Source: Pecten maximus (Eukaryota). Taken from it: a DNA stretch of 64,000 bases. A program made the position numbers and the translations under genes. Positions 61,283 to 64,000 of this stretch are shown here, piece after piece; the first letter of the stretch is position 1; each line of letters starts with the position of its first letter. The notes beneath the pieces were generated by a model that had not been told where the DNA came from, ran no database searches, and saw only the letters and a program-made list of their open reading frames with translations. The DNA lies in NCBI RefSeq assembly GCF_902652985.1, contig NC_047020.1, forward strand, positions 23,622,001-23,686,000, read 5' to 3'.

Positions 61283-62200
61283 TTACCATTAGTACACTAC
61301 AACGTCCAAACTTTGTTACCTAAACGAAAGTTTTAGTGAATTACACCATTTTGATATTTTATCATTCACTGAGGCTTGATACATCACCAAATACAGAAAT
61401 ATCAAGTGAACTGTTTAACTATAATGTTCACGATCCCTTTGTAAAATCACGGTCAGATAGGATTGGCGGAGGTATTGTCGTGTCAATAAAGATATCACTG
61501 CAATTCGGCGTCCCGAATTTGAAATCAAAACTCGTGAATGTATTTTGATTGAATTACAAATTAACAATAAAATTATTATGTGAGGAACTAGGAATTTAAT
61601 TGACCGTTCTATTGATATGGTCGCTAACTGTATATTAATTACAGGTAATTTTAACGGCATTTGATCGAGTTTGGTATAGGGGTCTTATACATAAATTGGA
61701 AAAATCAGGTATATCTGGAAAATTATTATCTTGGTGTGAAAATTATTTATCTGAGAGAAATAAAAATTTGTTATAAATGGATATTATTCTGAGCCACAAC
61801 ATATTACAGCAGGTGTACCTCAAGGTTCAATCTTAGGTCCTATTTTCTTCTTTTATATATTAATGGTATAGTGAATGATGTAGATTGTAAAATAAAAGTG
61901 TTTGTTGATGACACCGCCATGTATACCGGTATAATAGTTGAAAACCGTACTGTCGCTGTTATACTATCAATAATGATCTTTTTAACATAAATACATGGGG
62001 AAATATTTGGCTGGTTAAGTCGAATCCAGACAAAACAGAATCGTTGTTAGTAAGTAGAAAAACTAAACAAAGAATTTATAATTCTATAACTATGAACAAT
62101 GATAACGTGACTAGAATCAATTATCATAAACACTTAGGAATGTGGTTGTCAGGTGATGGCACATGGAATACCCACGTTGATTATATATTGAAAAATTTCA
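61283..62200 (+). mobile_element. Decayed non-LTR retrotransposon (CR1/L2-type LINE) ORF2 fragment
   Basis: Endonuclease remnants (VHYNVQTL, DRIGGGIV), then RT motifs AFDRVWYRGLIHKL, GVPQGSILGP, FVDDT, WLVKSNPDKT and HKHLG, with stops, frameshifts and a large internal deletion. Confidence 0.88.
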
Positions 62201-62338
62201 CCAAGATTTGTTTTCCGATCCCAAATTATAAAAATGTATGTATATTTTAATGAATTTTGAATAAAATATTGTTAAACTAAACCCTAGCTGTTCACAGGGC
62301 GATAAACCAAACAAACAAAAGTATTGCATTCCTAGCAT

Positions 62339-62785
62339 CACTGACGAATCTTAGCAGGACGAGACGGCTGTAGTAATGAATGCAGTTTAAGATTTATTAT
62401 CATTTCTGTAATAATTAACCATATATATATTACTATATTCACATCCAAGGAGTGCTCTGCACGTGTGTATTTCGTACAATCCATAAGTGATGAGGACCTC
62501 TGTCCTTCCAGTCCATTTGTCTCACGTACACACATGCCTATATAAGGTTTAAAATAGAGCAAAATGTATTGATTTTTCTCAGGGACGTATATATATATCT
62601 TCTTCACAACCAAGACTTTCAGTATCGATAAACCTGTCACTTCACGTAATTAACCATTTAGATTTTTTTTTCAACTAAAAAAGGTTGTTTTAATATCAGT
62701 TTTTCAGCGTGAGTTTAATCTATCTGTAAGACTGGTCTGCTGTGAGCCTAGTTAAAATTACCCGTCCTGCTAAAATTCGTCAGTG
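62339..62785. mobile_element. MITE with CACTG termini (CMC/CACTA-like)
   Basis: 23-bp TIR CACTGACGAAT(C/T)TTAGCAGGACG with one mismatch; a related solo end lies at about 60900-60930. Confidence 0.65.
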
Positions 62786-64000
62786 GTTTCCAATCCTATG
62801 CTGTTATAATGGACTCCTACACACCGGACTAACATTATTATAACTGGATCGAAATATTTAGGCACAGAATTATATGACAGTCGACTCCCATTGTCAAAGC
62901 ACACACATTTCGTTAATTATTGTTGTAATTTCTAACAGTTTTACGGGTCTCTTTTTCCACAACCTTTACATAAACATGTTCACCAAAGCGTCGTCCTGGT
63001 CCCACTTTCATCAATATTCCGTAACTTTAGAAAATTACTTAGCTCAAGATTTTCCATAGGGAAAGCATAACATGATTAAAACGTATAGGATTTACGATAG
63101 TTCAGCACAAAAATATTGTCTGTTTTAATTGATAACTGGTGATCTGTAAGGTAAACGCGTATGAAACTAGGTTTTACCTTGACTATTTCGTGAGAAATGC
63201 GATTTTTCATGCTGATTATCGGCGATTAATTATTATCGATACGATACTAAAGAGTTGGGAGTAAAACAATCATCAATATATCCTTAATTACGACAGACTG
63301 TGAAAATAAGTAAGGCATTTTTTTAAATTCATTTATTCACATTGAGAGTCGTTTCCCTGAAAACTGGAGTCTAATTTTCACGTGAATGTCATAGATCCTC
63401 TTTCATGGCCAAGATCTTCCCAATATTTTTTCCCCGTGTATAAAAAATAGGGATTAGTGTTATCCCTATCACAAACAGTGTTGCACTTTACAAGATTTTA
63501 TCATGGAGCATTTTTAAAATTAAAAAAAAAAAAAATAAATAAAAAAAACCTGAAATCTATAAGCTAATGGTCTTAGTCTACACCGAAAGGCTATCATAAC
63601 ACGTCAGTCAATGAGTATCACGAATTCACGCGTATTATTGATATTCTAACGGTATAAGTCTGTGATCTACAGATAATGCTTTAATCAATTCCCCAGGGAA
63701 AAGATCATGCTCGAAGGGAAATAACTCGTATAACAAAATGCGTTGTCGTTATGGCGACGAGTAAACAAATGTGTTAAATTGTCTAATGTCAATTTTATCG
63801 ACCAGGCAAAGCCTCGTTTGTAATTAACAAAGTGTAGACCTGTCATATCTCGATAGACCCCAATACAGTATCCGAAACACAATAAAGTATGATAAGGCTG
63901 TAGCTGAAATCAGGATGTGAATACCTGCAGTGTGGAATACGAAGTACAAGTACTAACGCGCACCTGCCTGGTAACAGGTACGCTACATAACACATACATG

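Overview
AT-rich, intron-rich animal genomic DNA; the repeat types suggest a bivalve mollusc such as a scallop (inference). Two spliced genes lie head-to-head with only 572 bp between their start codons. On the minus strand is a DHHC palmitoyltransferase of the ZDHHC2/15/20 subfamily (12 coding exons, 19127 down to 3709, about 347 aa). On the plus strand is a VWA3B orthologue (at least 22 coding exons, 19700-53585, about 1170 aa) with one apparent 1-nt frameshift at about 50518. Exons were traced by hand using GT/AG boundaries and phase continuity. The introns hold about 20 unrelated minisatellites, several non-autonomous DNA transposons (Kolobok-like, Tigger/pogo-like, MITEs, Helentron/HINE-like) and, downstream of VWA3B, a decayed CR1/L2-type LINE. 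The most striking unexplained pattern: five unrelated minisatellites start exactly at an exon 3' end and repeat the exon end plus the 5' splice donor into the intron, and a sixth donor-like array starts just inside an intron. None overlaps an acceptor. Most long ORFs in the supplied track are artefacts of these repeats. No rRNA, tRNA or CRISPR was found.
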